64,000 nt of DNA from Mantamonas sphyraenae STR306. Lineage: Eukaryota > Protista > CRuMs. The notes under the pieces are model-generated. The model saw nothing but the letters and a program-made list of their open reading frames with translations, searched no databases and was not told where the DNA came from. Position numbers and translations under genes: made by a program. Location of the stretch: assembly GCA_026936335.1 (NCBI GenBank), contig JAPMXV010000011.1, forward strand, positions 186,001-250,000, read 5' to 3'. This document shows, piece after piece, positions 49,121-60,027 of this stretch (within the stretch, counting starts at the first letter, position 1; every line of letters starts with the position of its first letter).

Positions 49121-50779
49121 TCATTCGGACGAGTTGTCCAGCGAGTTGAGGGCTTCGGCCAACTCGCGAATGAGGGCCGCCAGAGCAGTGCACTCGCTGA
49201 CATCGTTGGTGTCCTCCAGCGCAGCGGTCGCCATATCCATCTTGGTGAGCATGGCGCCACGAGCACGTGCAAACACAGACGCAGCCTGCGTCTTTGCCGA
49301 AGTGCCGGCAAGGGTGGGCGTGTTCGGGGCGCCACTTCGTCGCGAGCGGGACGGGGAGGCGGCAAACTGCATAGATTGCACGGGTGTGGCCACACTGCCT
49401 GCCATGCTGGTTGTCGCCGTGTTGTTGTTGTTGTCATCTTCGTAGTACTCGTCGTCGTCGTCGTCGTCGTCGACGGTGCGGCGGCGTCGCTGTTGCGAAT
49501 CCACCACAGTGGGCACCGCACGCAGCTTGCCACTGGACTTTTCCACCATTCGCTTCTTGCCCTTGTGCTGTGCGCGTGCTGCGTCGCTCTCGGCTCCTGA
49601 CGACGGCCCGTTCAGCTGTGCCAGCGGTGTGCTTGTCTCTTCGTTCTCCACCGTCCTTTTCTCAAACTCGTTTGTGACGCCACGGTCCACCTCCACACGT
49701 GCTCGCTTGTGGTGCGCAAGATACGACGACGGCGGCGTCGGGGTGTTTGATGCTGCTGTCGTGGCAGACACAGACGATGAGTTGTGTGTGTTGCGTGTCT
49801 CGTGCCCTGCACTGTGTGCGCTTCCTGACGCCGACGCCGCCGACCCAGACGCCGACGAGGACGCAGACCCAGACCCCTTTCCGGCCACTTTGATGTCTCC
49901 TTCTGCACCATACACGCGACCACACGCCACGCATAGCTTGTCTCCCGACGTACGGTCCTCCATCAGCGGCACCAGACACTCGTCGCGTCCGCAGTACTCG
50001 TTGAGCATTCGGTAACCCTGCACCAGCAAGTCTGCCAGTCGCTGGCTGTTTGCTGCGCTCTGCTTGCTCCTCTCCTCAATGCGGGCCATCTGCTCTTCTG
50101 TCGGTGGCACCCAATCGTCGTCGTCGTCGTCATTGTTGTTGGTGTTGCCCGCGTTTTCCTGCTGCTGTGTGCTTCGTCCCGCCCTTTCTTCCTCTCGAGC
50201 TCCCGCTGAGGACGACCCTCCTCGCAACCCATTGCCGCTGCTGCTGCTGCCACCGCTGCTGCTGCTGCTCTGTGCACCATGCGACGGAGACTTGCGTGCG
50301 TCCAGCACTCGCATCCCCGTGCTGTTTCCGCCGCGCAGACGCTGGTATTCCAGAATCTGCGCCTGCGTGTCGTCGTCCAGACCCGCCACACTCATGTCTG
50401 CCGAGCCACCTTGGCTTCCACCCTCAGCACCGCCGTTGCTATTGCGTTGCACTCCAACCTCGTCAAACTCCAGGTTGCGCGGGCTGCGGCCCTTGTTGCG
50501 TCCCACAGGCGACGCCCCGAACCGTGAGCCGGGTGAGCTTCGCACCGGAGACGGCGAGCTCGCAGCTGGGCTCTTGGACGGCGTGCCCACCGCTTGGTTG
50601 TTGCCATCAAAGAATTGCAGGCAGCTGATGCAGTATCGCTGACCCTCGGCGTTGGCCACCAGCGGGATGTTGCACCCGTCGTTCGGGCATGTGTCCGGAA
50701 GCAGCGTCCAGCCCTCCACCAACTTCTTTGACAGTTCGTTTACATTGCGCGACACTCGGTCACGATCGTACTGCGACAT
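49121..50779 (-). CDS. SSSCA1/ZNRD2-like protein with two zinc ribbons
   Basis: LVEGWTLLPDTCPNDGCNIPL..YCISC and LLVQGYRMLNEYC..CLVPLM..LCVAC, plus a C-terminal helical hairpin LTKMDMATAAL..ALIRELAEAL. ATG at 50779. Confidence 0.85.
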   Translation of the reverse strand: MSQYDRDRVSRNVNELSKKLVEGWTLLPDTCPNDGCNIPLVANAEGQRYCISCLQFFDGNNQAVGTPSKSPAASSPSPVRSSPGSRFGASPVGRNKGRSPRNLEFDEVGVQRNSNGGAEGGSQGGSADMSVAGLDDDTQAQILEYQRLRGGNSTGMRVLDARKSPSHGAQSSSSSGGSSSSGNGLRGGSSSAGAREEERAGRSTQQQENAGNTNNNDDDDDDWVPPTEEQMARIEERSKQSAANSQRLADLLVQGYRMLNEYCGRDECLVPLMEDRTSGDKLCVACGRVYGAEGDIKVAGKGSGSASSSASGSAASASGSAHSAGHETRNTHNSSSVSATTAASNTPTPPSSYLAHHKRARVEVDRGVTNEFEKRTVENEETSTPLAQLNGPSSGAESDAARAQHKGKKRMVEKSSGKLRAVPTVVDSQQRRRRTVDDDDDDDEYYEDDNNNNTATTSMAGSVATPVQSMQFAASPSRSRRSGAPNTPTLAGTSAKTQAASVFARARGAMLTKMDMATAALEDTNDVSECTALAALIRELAEALNSLDNSSE

Positions 50780-50842
50780 GGCTCGGCCCTTTTGGTGTTT
50801 CCGCGCCCGCACACACCACAAACCTCCCTCCTTGGCCCAACC

Positions 50843-53800
50843 ATGTTTGAGATGACCCTTACGGACCTGGTCCGTGGCCTCCGCACTGCCAAGAGCGAAG
50901 AGGCCCAGTTCATCAGCAAGGCCATCCAGGAAATCAAGGAGGAGCTCAAGAGCAAGGACCTTGATCTCAAGGCCCAGGCTGTTCAAAAGCTCACTTACGT
51001 ACGTCTTCCGGTTTCCAGCCTCCCCCTGCCCTTTGTCTCTGCTCTTCTGTGTCTCTACCTGTGCTCACCCTCTCCCTTATCCCTCGTTGCCCGCGCCCCG
51101 CCTGTCCGCCCGTCCCTGTCCTCCTCTCCAGCTCCACATGCTTGGCTACGACATGAGCTGGGCGGCGTTTCCCGTCGTCGAGGTCATTTCCTCCACCAAG
51201 TTTGCCCACAAGCGCATTGGATACCTTGCTGCCTCTCAGTCCTTCAACGAGGACACAGACGTGCTCCTCCTTATGACCAACCAGTTCAAAAAGGTGCGCT
51301 CTTCCCCGCCTGTTCCCTGCTCCGCTCCTTTCCCTCCGTGTGTTTCGACCTCAGGCCATCCGCGCAAATTTCCCCTCCCGTCCGTCGGCCCACCCCCCGT
51401 GCCCAACACTTCGCTCACACCGTGCGCACCGCCCCCCACGCACTGCCCTCGCTCTTGTTGCCACCCCTGTTCGCCTCCCTCTCCGTCACAGGACTTCTCT
51501 TCCAGCAACCAGTACGATATTGGAGCTGCCCTCAACACCCTCTCCAACATTGTGACCCCCGACCTTGCCATCGACGTCATCTCCGACGTCGTCGCTATGG
51601 TCAACAGCAGCCGTCCATACGTCCGCAAGCGGGCCATCCTCTGCCTCTACAAGTGTGTTCTCAAGTACCCCGAGGCTCTGCGCGCCTCCTTCCCGCGTCT
51701 CAAGGAGCGCCTGGACGACGATGACGTTGGTAGGTGCTCATATGCGCGACTCTCCATTCACCCTCCATAGCATTAGCATTGTGTGTCTGTATGCCCGGCT
51801 GCTTCGTTCACTCACATGACACGCACAGCCGTCGTCTCTGCCGCCGTGAATGTCATCTGCGAGCTGGCACGCAAGAACCCCAAGAACTACCTGGTCATGG
51901 CCCCGTTGTTCTTCAACCTGCTCACGTCCCCTTCAAACAACTGGATGCTCATCAAGGTCATCAAGCTGTTTGGCTCCCTGGCGCCGCTGCAGCCCAAGCT
52001 GGCAAAGAAGCTCGTCGAGCCGCTGACCAAGCTCATCACAAACACCACGGCCATGAGTCTGCTCTACGAGTGCATCAAGACGGCCACGGTGGGCCTCTCC
52101 CAGTACAAAGATATCATGACGCTGTGCATGGAGAAGCTGCGCATGTTTGTCGAGGACCAGGACCAGAACCTCAAGTACCTGGGCCTCGTGGGAATGGGCG
52201 AGATCATGAAGACCCATCCCAAGATGGGCAACCACAACCGTGAGCTCATCATGTCCTGTCTCAACGACGAGGACCTCACCATCCGCCTCAAGGCCCTGGA
52301 TCTCGTCACGCAGATGGTGTCCAAGAAGAACCTGGTGGACATTGTCAAGACACTGCTCATCCATCTGCAGTCGGCCGACGACGAAACACGCAAGGACCTC
52401 ATCCTCAAGACCATCGCCATCTGCTCGCAAAAGGGTGCCTACACATACGTCACCAACTTCCAGTGGTACATCTCTGTGCTCGTGGATCTGACGCGCGTGC
52501 CGGGGCCCGTGGCTCAGGGCACAGAGATCGGACAACAGTTTATGGACGTCATCATCCGTGTCAACGTCGTGCGCCCGTTTGGCGTGAAGAACATGGCCAA
52601 ACTCCTCGACGAGGATCGCCTGTGGGAGAGTGCACGCCGAGACGACTCGACGCTGTCCGAGGTGCTCTACGCCGCCGCATGGCTGTGTGGTGAATACCCC
52701 AAGTTTGTGCCCAACCTGGCGCACACGGCCGAGTCGCTGCTGGAACCGCGCGTGATGCAGCTCGGCCCGCACATCCAGGCTGTGTTTGTTCAGGCTGTGC
52801 TCAAGCTCTACGCCCACGCATGCTCGCTGGTCAACGACTCCTTGGATCTGATGGGCGACAACGACGACATGCGCCTGGACGCAGACAACGGCGACGGCCA
52901 GGACTCGGACGACGCAAAGCTTGCTGTCGTGGAGGCCATTGCCGATCTCATCATCCAGAGACTGCCCATGCTGACGCAATCAGTGCATCTGGAGGTGCAG
53001 GAGCGCGCATGCACAGCGCTGGCGATTGTCAAATTGGTGGAAGAGACTCGCGGAAGCATTCCGGCGGTGCTCAACCAAGTGGCTCGCCTGTTTGAAGAGG
53101 AGCTGGTGGTGGTCAGCGCCAAGGCGGCCAAGCGCCAGGCCAAGGTGCTGCTGGAAAAGCTGGGTCCCCAGGGGCTGGATTTGGACAGCTGGATTGGAGA
53201 GCCAATCACCGACCCGGAAGATGTCATGGACGACGACAGCGATACGGGCTTTGGCGTGCGGGACACCGATTCAGACGCGTCGACGGACGACGAGGGAGGA
53301 TTCTGGGGAACGGATGCAGCCGAGGCCATGGATGCGGAAGGCAAGCGCAAGCGCAGGGACGAAGCCAGGCGCGCACGCGAGAGCACACCGTATATTCTCA
53401 GCGGCAACTCGTCGGGCAAGAAGAAAGCGTCTTCAGGGATGGACAGCGACGACGTGGACGTGGACTCGATCCCACTGGTGCCTCTGGACGAACAGGATCT
53501 GCTTGGCGGCGCTCCGTTCTTGATGTCCTCCACCATGGCTGGGTCGTCCAAGGGAAAGAAGGGCAAGAAGAAGCGACGACGAAAGCATCGCGGTGGCGAC
53601 GACGACGACGAAGACGACGACGAGTACGGCTTGGCCTCGGGACCCATCCAGATTACCGCCGTTGCAGACATGCCTGAAGGCTACGAGAGCAACAGCGACG
53701 AGGAGCAGGGAGCGGCAGGACAGGGTTCGTCTGCAAGCAAGTATGCTTCGCTGGACATGGATCTGACGTCTGGTGACACGACGCTGCCGCAGCTGCAGGC

Positions 53801-54134
53801 ATACGGCGCACAGACGGCGAGCAACACGCGATCGCAGGTTGTGCACGGCGGCGACGATGCGGAGGGCAAGAAGAAGAAGAAGAAGAAGAAGAAGGACGGC
53901 GACAGTGAGGGCAAGAAGAAGAAGAAGAAGAAGAAGAAGGCGGCCGAGGAAGAGGAGCAGGAGGATTTGATCAGCTTTGACACGTTTGACCCGCTGGCAA
54001 ACACGTCGTCCTCAAACGACGGGGAGGCAGCACAGGGTGACGAGGAGAAGAAGAAGAAGAAGAAGAAGAAGAAGAAGGATGGGGATGGCGAGGGCAAGAA
54101 GAAGAAGAGGAGGAAGCCGAAGAGCAGCGAATGA
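50843..54134 (+). CDS. AP3D1: AP-3 complex subunit delta
   Basis: Motifs MFEMTLTDLVRGLR, LHMLGYDMSWAAF, AAVNVICELARKNPKNYL, NNWMLIKVIKLF, DQNLKYLGL. Introns 50999-51131, 51294-51491 and 51730-51828. Lys-rich tail. Confidence 0.96.
53860..54120 (+). repeat. Duplicated (AAG)n poly-Lys modules in the AP3D1 tail
   Basis: Four aagaagaag tracts; the K-tract/DGDxEG/K-tract unit is present twice. Confidence 0.85.
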
Positions 54135-54187
54135 AAAACCCAGGCCGTTTGCTGGCAGCTGCGCCGCCAACGAAACGCTCCACAAAC

Positions 54188-55790
54188 ATGTCATCGTCGA
54201 GCAGGAGTGGTGGACGACACCGCAAGCGCAATGTGGCGTGGGAGGTGTACAAGTGTGCACGGAAGATTGGCAACCTGGAGACGTGCGGACTGAACAGCAC
54301 GATGGCGCTGACGCAGAAGGAGAAGCGGAAGCGCAAAGCCAAGTGGAAAGCAACTCTGCATAGCGGGCAGGGGAAGGAAGCACAGGCGCAAGTGGACACA
54401 TGGATTGAGGAGGCCAAGCAAGAGTTTCGAGAGCTGCAGGAGGAGCGGAAGAGGAGAAAGGCATTCACCGGACGAAAGCATCTGCGGAAGGCGCTGGAGA
54501 GGAGCCATGCAGCCGTGGTGAAGAAGATGAAAAACAAAGAGGGCAAGGGCAAGAGCCTGGCACGTGCTCTGGAGGCGTTTGAGGTAAGTTTAGAGATCCA
54601 AAGGAGATCAACGCGCGGAAGACGAATCGGTGTGACACACAGAGGCTGACGAGGACGGGCATGCATTGCAGAACATGGAGAGTGAGGCAATGTATACATG
54701 GATGGAGGGTGAGGAGGAGCTGGCACGGGACAAGGTGCTGGAAGAGGTGCTGCGTGGAGCGAGGAAGGGACATGCAGTGCAGGCGGACGAGGAGGCCATG
54801 GTGTGGATGAAGAGGATGGTGAAGGAATGGCTGAAGCGCAAGGAGGTGCAAGAGAAGTGGGAGGAGTGGCGAGAGATTGCACAGATTGAGGTGATGGACG
54901 TGCAGAGGTACCTTGAGGAGCAGGCGAACAAGCGCACGCCCGAAAGCGACTCTGAGGACGATGAGTCGGATGACGAGAGCGGAGACGACGGCAAAATGCG
55001 ACGTGGAGGTGCAGTCACTTCCAGGACGGCGTATGCAATGTCAGACTTTGATGATGATGAGGGGGAGGAGGAGGAGAACGAGGATGGCGAAGACGGCGGG
55101 TGGAACTCGGCGGAGGAAGATGGGTGGAATTCTGCAGACGAGGATGGATGGGGAGAAGAAGAAACGCAGGACACAGGGGCAGGCGGGCACTCGCTATTTA
55201 TTGGATCCTTGGGCGGAGGCATGAAGGAAGAGGAAGGGAAACGGTCCACCACGAAGCGGGCATCCAAGGACAAGAAGGACAAGAAAGACAAGAAAGGACA
55301 AAAGGAGAAAGGCAAGGCCAAGGCCAAGGCGAAGGGGGCGGACGAGAAGGCACAACCAACGCCAAAGAAGAAAAAGAACAGAATGGGACAGCGACAACGG
55401 CGGCAGCTGGCGGAACAGAAGTTTGGGGAGGATGCAAAACATCTGGCGGTGCATCCATCTTGGAAGGCAAAGCGACAGGCTGTGGAGGAGCAAGGGGTGG
55501 TGGTGGAGTTTAAGGGCAAACGAAAGACGTTTGCGGACGGAGAGGAGGAGGCAGAAGGACACCGGACTGGGGAGGACAAGGAAGCTCGTGCACAGCGGGA
55601 AATGGCCGAGCGGAAGCGGCAACGGATCGAACGGCAGGCATCGAAGGCACAGGATCAGAGTGCGGGAAGCACAGGAGGCGGCGGGAACAAGCATCCTTCG
55701 TGGCAGGCCAAGGAGCGAGAACGTGCGTTGATAGCCAAGGGAGGGCAAGGCAGTAGGGTTGTGTTTGGGGATGACGACGACAGCGATTGA
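54188..55790 (+). CDS. BUD22/SRFBP1 family ribosome biogenesis protein
   Basis: KKKNRMGQRQRRQLAEQKFGEDAKHL and two HPSW(K/Q)AK motifs; intron 54584-54671 (GTAAGT..GCTGAC..CAG). Confidence 0.85.
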
Positions 55791-55855
55791 GGATGCGAGG
55801 ATGCGTTGGGTCCAGCACATCAAAAACAACAGCGTGAAGAAACCAGACGCAAATA

Positions 55856-56614
55856 ATGTCGACGTTGAGAGTCAAATTGTTGAGTGAAAACGCACGACTG
55901 CCCACCCGTGGGAGCGCGCGTGCAGCAGGGTATGATCTGTATGCAGCAGAGGACGTGGAGTTGGGCGCACACGGCAAGGCTCTTGTCAAGACAGACATCT
56001 CGTTGGCCATCCCTTCGGGCCACTACGGGCGTGTGGGTAGGTTTTGTGGACGTGGGTCAAGGTGCAGTGCTGTGGGGACGTGAGACTGACACAGGAACGG
56101 GGTTTGTTGTTGGCGTGTCGGGCGTGTGATCATCACGACGGGCCTGGACCCGGTTTTTCACACCCACAGCCCCGCGTTCGGGCCTTGCATGGAAGCACCA
56201 CATCGACGTGGGCGCAGGGGTCATCGACGAAGACTACCGTGGACCGTTGGGAGTTGTGCTGTACAACCACAGCGACAAGGACTTTGGAAGTGAGTTGTGG
56301 TCGCGTGATCACCTCTGGCTGGAAAAACGACGCCTCTTACACACACACACACACCCCTCTTGCACGCCGGAGCAGTTTCTGTGGGCGACCGCATCGCACA
56401 GCTGATCTTGGAACGCATCAGCACACCGGAAGTGGAGCAGGTGGAGGACCTGGACGCAACGGAGCGCGGAGCTGGCGGCTTTGGGTCGACAGGAGTGTCC
56501 GACTCGTCGTCGTCGAGCAACAGTGGCAGTCCCAAGAAACGCAAACTGGAAGATGAAGAGCAAGAGCAGGAGAAGGAGGGGGAATCAAGCGATGCGATGG
56601 AACAGGAGGGGTGA
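55856..56614 (+). CDS. DUT: Trimeric dUTP diphosphatase with C-terminal extension
   Basis: Motifs [46 protein letters not shown]; introns 56037-56169 and 56290-56375. Confidence 0.96.
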
Positions 56615-56631
56615 GGGGCTCGTCAAACACT

Positions 56632-58288
56632 TCACTTGCTGGTCTCGGCCACAAATGCAGAGAGGATGTAGGCGACACACATGGTGAGGCGCTTCGTAAA
56701 GTCGATGTGGAGGAACTCGTTGGGGCCGTGTGCGTTGGAGTTGGGGCCCAGGACGCCTGTGATGACAAACTGGGCGTTGGGGAACTTCTTGCCAAGCATG
56801 CCCATGAACGGGATGGAACCGCCCTCACCAAAGTAGCACGGGTCCTTGCCGTCGAAAAAGGTGTTGCTGGCAGTCTTGATGGCCTCGGCCAGGTAGTCTG
56901 CGGTGGCCGGGGCGTTCCAACCGGAGCCGCTCTTCTCGCCTTCCCAGGAAACCTGGGCGCCGTAGGGCGGATCGTTCTCCAGGATCTCACCCAGCTTAGC
57001 GCTCATCTCCTTGGCATCGGCGGTGGGCGGCACACGCAGGGACAGCTTAAAGGCGGATTCGGTGCGAAGGACGTTGCCGGCCTGCTCCAGGGGCGGGAAG
57101 CCTCCGGTGCCGGTCAGGGTCAGGGCAGGACGCCAGGTGCGGTTGAGGAGCAGCTCGTAGACGTCTGTGCTGACCGGCTGGGAGTTGCCTGTGTAAGGGA
57201 ACTCCTCGTAGATGTCCTTGCCCATGATCTCGGCGGTGACCTTGGCTTCCTCAAGGCGACCCTCGGGAATGTCGACCTCAAAGTCTGCGCAACGGCCTGT
57301 CTGCAGGTCCTCCACGCGCTCGAGCAGCATGCGTGCGACACGTGTGGAGTCGGCGACAATGCCAGAGCCGTGGCCGCTGTGCACGCCCTCAGTGAGCAGC
57401 GACACACGCAGGTTGCCTGCCACAATGCCTCGCAGTGACGTGGTGATCCACAGCTGTTCGTAGTTGCCCGCTCCGCTGTCCAGGCACACGACGAGCTCGA
57501 CGTTGCCGATCTTGTCCGTCAGCTTGTCGACGTAGTAGGGCAGATCCGGGCTTCCGGACTCCTCGCAGGCTTCGATGATGATCACAATGCGCGATGTGGC
57601 CACCTTTTGCTCCTGCAGGGCCTTGATGGCCGTGATGGCTGCAAAGGCAGAGTACCCGTCGTCCGCGCCTCCACTGCGGTCCAAACGAGGGAACCACGAC
57701 CATGTGTGCGTGTGCGCATGTGGGTGAGCATGGGGGAATGTACAAATACCGCATGGGCACGTGAGTTGGGGTGTGTGTGTGCGTGCAGCCTGGTCCAAAG
57801 CGGAAAAACAGGGGTGCACTGGGAGGGCTCGCGTGAATCACACGTCGGCAAACCGCCCAAGCAACAACGTACCGTCCGTACAGCTTGCCGTCCTTGATGA
57901 CGGGCGAGTAGGGACCCAGTCCATCGTCCCAGTCGTTTGTGAGAGGTGGCTGCTTGTCCATGTGTCCGTACATGAGCACGGTGGGCAGGTCCGGGTTGTC
58001 GGCCTCGATGGGGTTGCCCGCAGCCGGAAGGGTCATCATGAGCAACGGAGTGCGGCCCTCGTCGGCGTGCAGGTCCAGGGTAAGGTTCTCCACGTTCTGG
58101 GCCTTGACCCACTCGACGATGAGGTCCATGGCTTGCTCCTGCAGGCCGTTGGTGGCCCACTCCTGGTCGTACGCGGGCGACTGGTTGGGGATCTTTACAA
58201 ACTCCACGATGCGGTCAATCACATCGTTGTCGTAGGCAGCGTTGACAAAGTCTTGCACTTGGGTGGAAGGAAAGTCGGTGGAGGACAT
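56632..58288 (-). CDS. M20 family metallopeptidase (DapE/ArgE-like)
   Basis: Motifs YGHMDKQPP, LYGRGGADDGY (across intron 57872-57674), EACEESGS, GGSIPF, NAHGPNE. Confidence 0.93.
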
Positions 58289-58343
58289 GGTCGGTGTCTG
58301 TATGTTCGTGTGGGCCTGCGGGGGCGAAGCCAAGTCCAGGCAG

Positions 58344-59988
58344 ATGCGAGTTTTCACAGGTGACGAAGTCGGGCTGGTCAAAGGTGAGTGCATACCCACA
58401 GAGGACACACGTGTGACACTGCACATGCGCGGGTTCGTGGGGCGGAGGGCAAGGGCAAGAATTCACCCATGCGAGTGTGTCAGGAGAGGGGCAGCTGACA
58501 ACGGACCTGGGAGAGCGCAGACGTGCAGCCGGATCGCAAGAAACTACTGCATCGTTTCGGGCAGATGAGCCGCAAGGAGGCGGTGTTGCAAATGGAATGG
58601 GCATCTACACAGGGCCCTGACGAATTGCGGGTGAGTGAGTGGGCGGCGATGGGTGGCGCGTACTGGAGTAGCAGGAGGCGGGGCGGAAAGCACATGCGAG
58701 GCCAGCGCTGACACAACGACGGTGGGAGCAGTTGCTGAGCATGCACCGCCATGGGAGCATCCGTGTGATGGATGCAGATGAGAAACAGGTGGTGCACACA
58801 ATCAACGGATACACGGGAACGGGTGTGGGCGTGCAGTGGATGCAGGGCGGATCCTCGTCCTCGTCCTCGTCCTCCTCATCATCATCGTCGTCATCGTCCA
58901 CAGGCACCTCTGAGTACGGCGAGAGAGAGTATGTGCTGCGAGCGAGTGCCGAGGGCGATGTGACCTTGCACGGATTCACGGTGGATGCACAAGGGGACGC
59001 GGAAGACAGTGTCGGCTCGGTGTCCAGCGTGGAGGGCCTGCAAGCCAAGCTCAATGTGGGCAAGGGCGTGGAATGCATGCGTGTGCAGTGGAATGAGCAT
59101 GCGTATGATACACACGTGCTGGGCAGCACCTTGCGCTTTGCTGTTGGGGGGAAGGAACTCGACGCCCAGGTTTGGGACTTTGAGGCGGGCAAGAGCGTAT
59201 GGAAGGCCAAGAACGTGAAGCACGACATGCTCAACCTGGCTGTGCCTGTATGGCACACCGACGTTCACTTTGTGCCTGGCCAGCACGAGAATGTGCTTGC
59301 CACTTGCACCGGGTACCACCAGGTCCGCCTGTACGACATGCGTGCCCAGCGCCGTCCGGTCGCCCTGATCGAGAACGGAGTCAAGAAACTGAACTGCATG
59401 TGCATCTCTGCAGACGGCAAATATGTGTTCACAGGCGATGTCCGCGGCGACATGCGTCGTGTCGACCTCGGCACACGCCGCTCTCTCGGCAAGTTTATCC
59501 AGCATTCCGGGTCCATCCGCGCCGTGGAGTTGCACCCGGATGGTGACTCGCTCTGCTCCGTATCTATGGACCGCTATCTGCGCATCTACGACGTGCACAC
59601 CCGTATGCTGAAGCACAGCATCTACCTCAAGCAGCTGCTCAACTCGGTCCTGGTCTCCTCCGAGCCCGAGCAGGAGGAAGAAGAAGACGAGGAAGAAGGA
59701 AAGGGGGACAGCGATGCAGATGATGGAGACAATGGCAGCGAAGATGACGATGACGACGACCAAGACGACGACGGCACATGGAATGCTCTGGAGGCCGTAT
59801 CCGACGAGGATGATGATGATGATGATGAGGAGGAGGAGGATGATGATGAGGAGGAGGAGGATGAGGATGATGAGGATGATGAGGAGGATGAGGAGGACGA
59901 GGACGAGGAGCGTGTGGATCGCAAGAGGAGATCATCCACGCGGAAGTCCGCCCAGCCTGCGGGCAAGAGGCAACGAGCGGCAAAGTAA
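58344..59988 (+). CDS. WDR74: WD-repeat ribosome biogenesis factor WDR74/Nsa1 with acidic tail
   Basis: Motifs MRVFTGDEVGLVK, WKAKNVKHDMLNLAVPVW, VRLYDMRAQRRPV, GSIR, DRYLRIYD, IYLKQ; introns 58384-58520 and 58631-58731. Confidence 0.93.
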
Positions 59989-60027
59989 TGGACAGCACCC
60001 ACACAGCGTTCTTGCATCGTTCTTGCA

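Noticed and set aside
54131-54134. Bacterial-style ATGA stop/start overlap between AP3D1 and BUD22
   Set aside because: The in-frame ATG at 54188 has a better context (acaaacATG), and no evidence favours the overlapping ATG.
32182-54134. Functional cluster of trafficking genes (aftiphilin-like, VPS13B, AP3D1)
   Set aside because: They are interspersed with unrelated genes. Three trafficking genes among 22 is unremarkable without synteny data.
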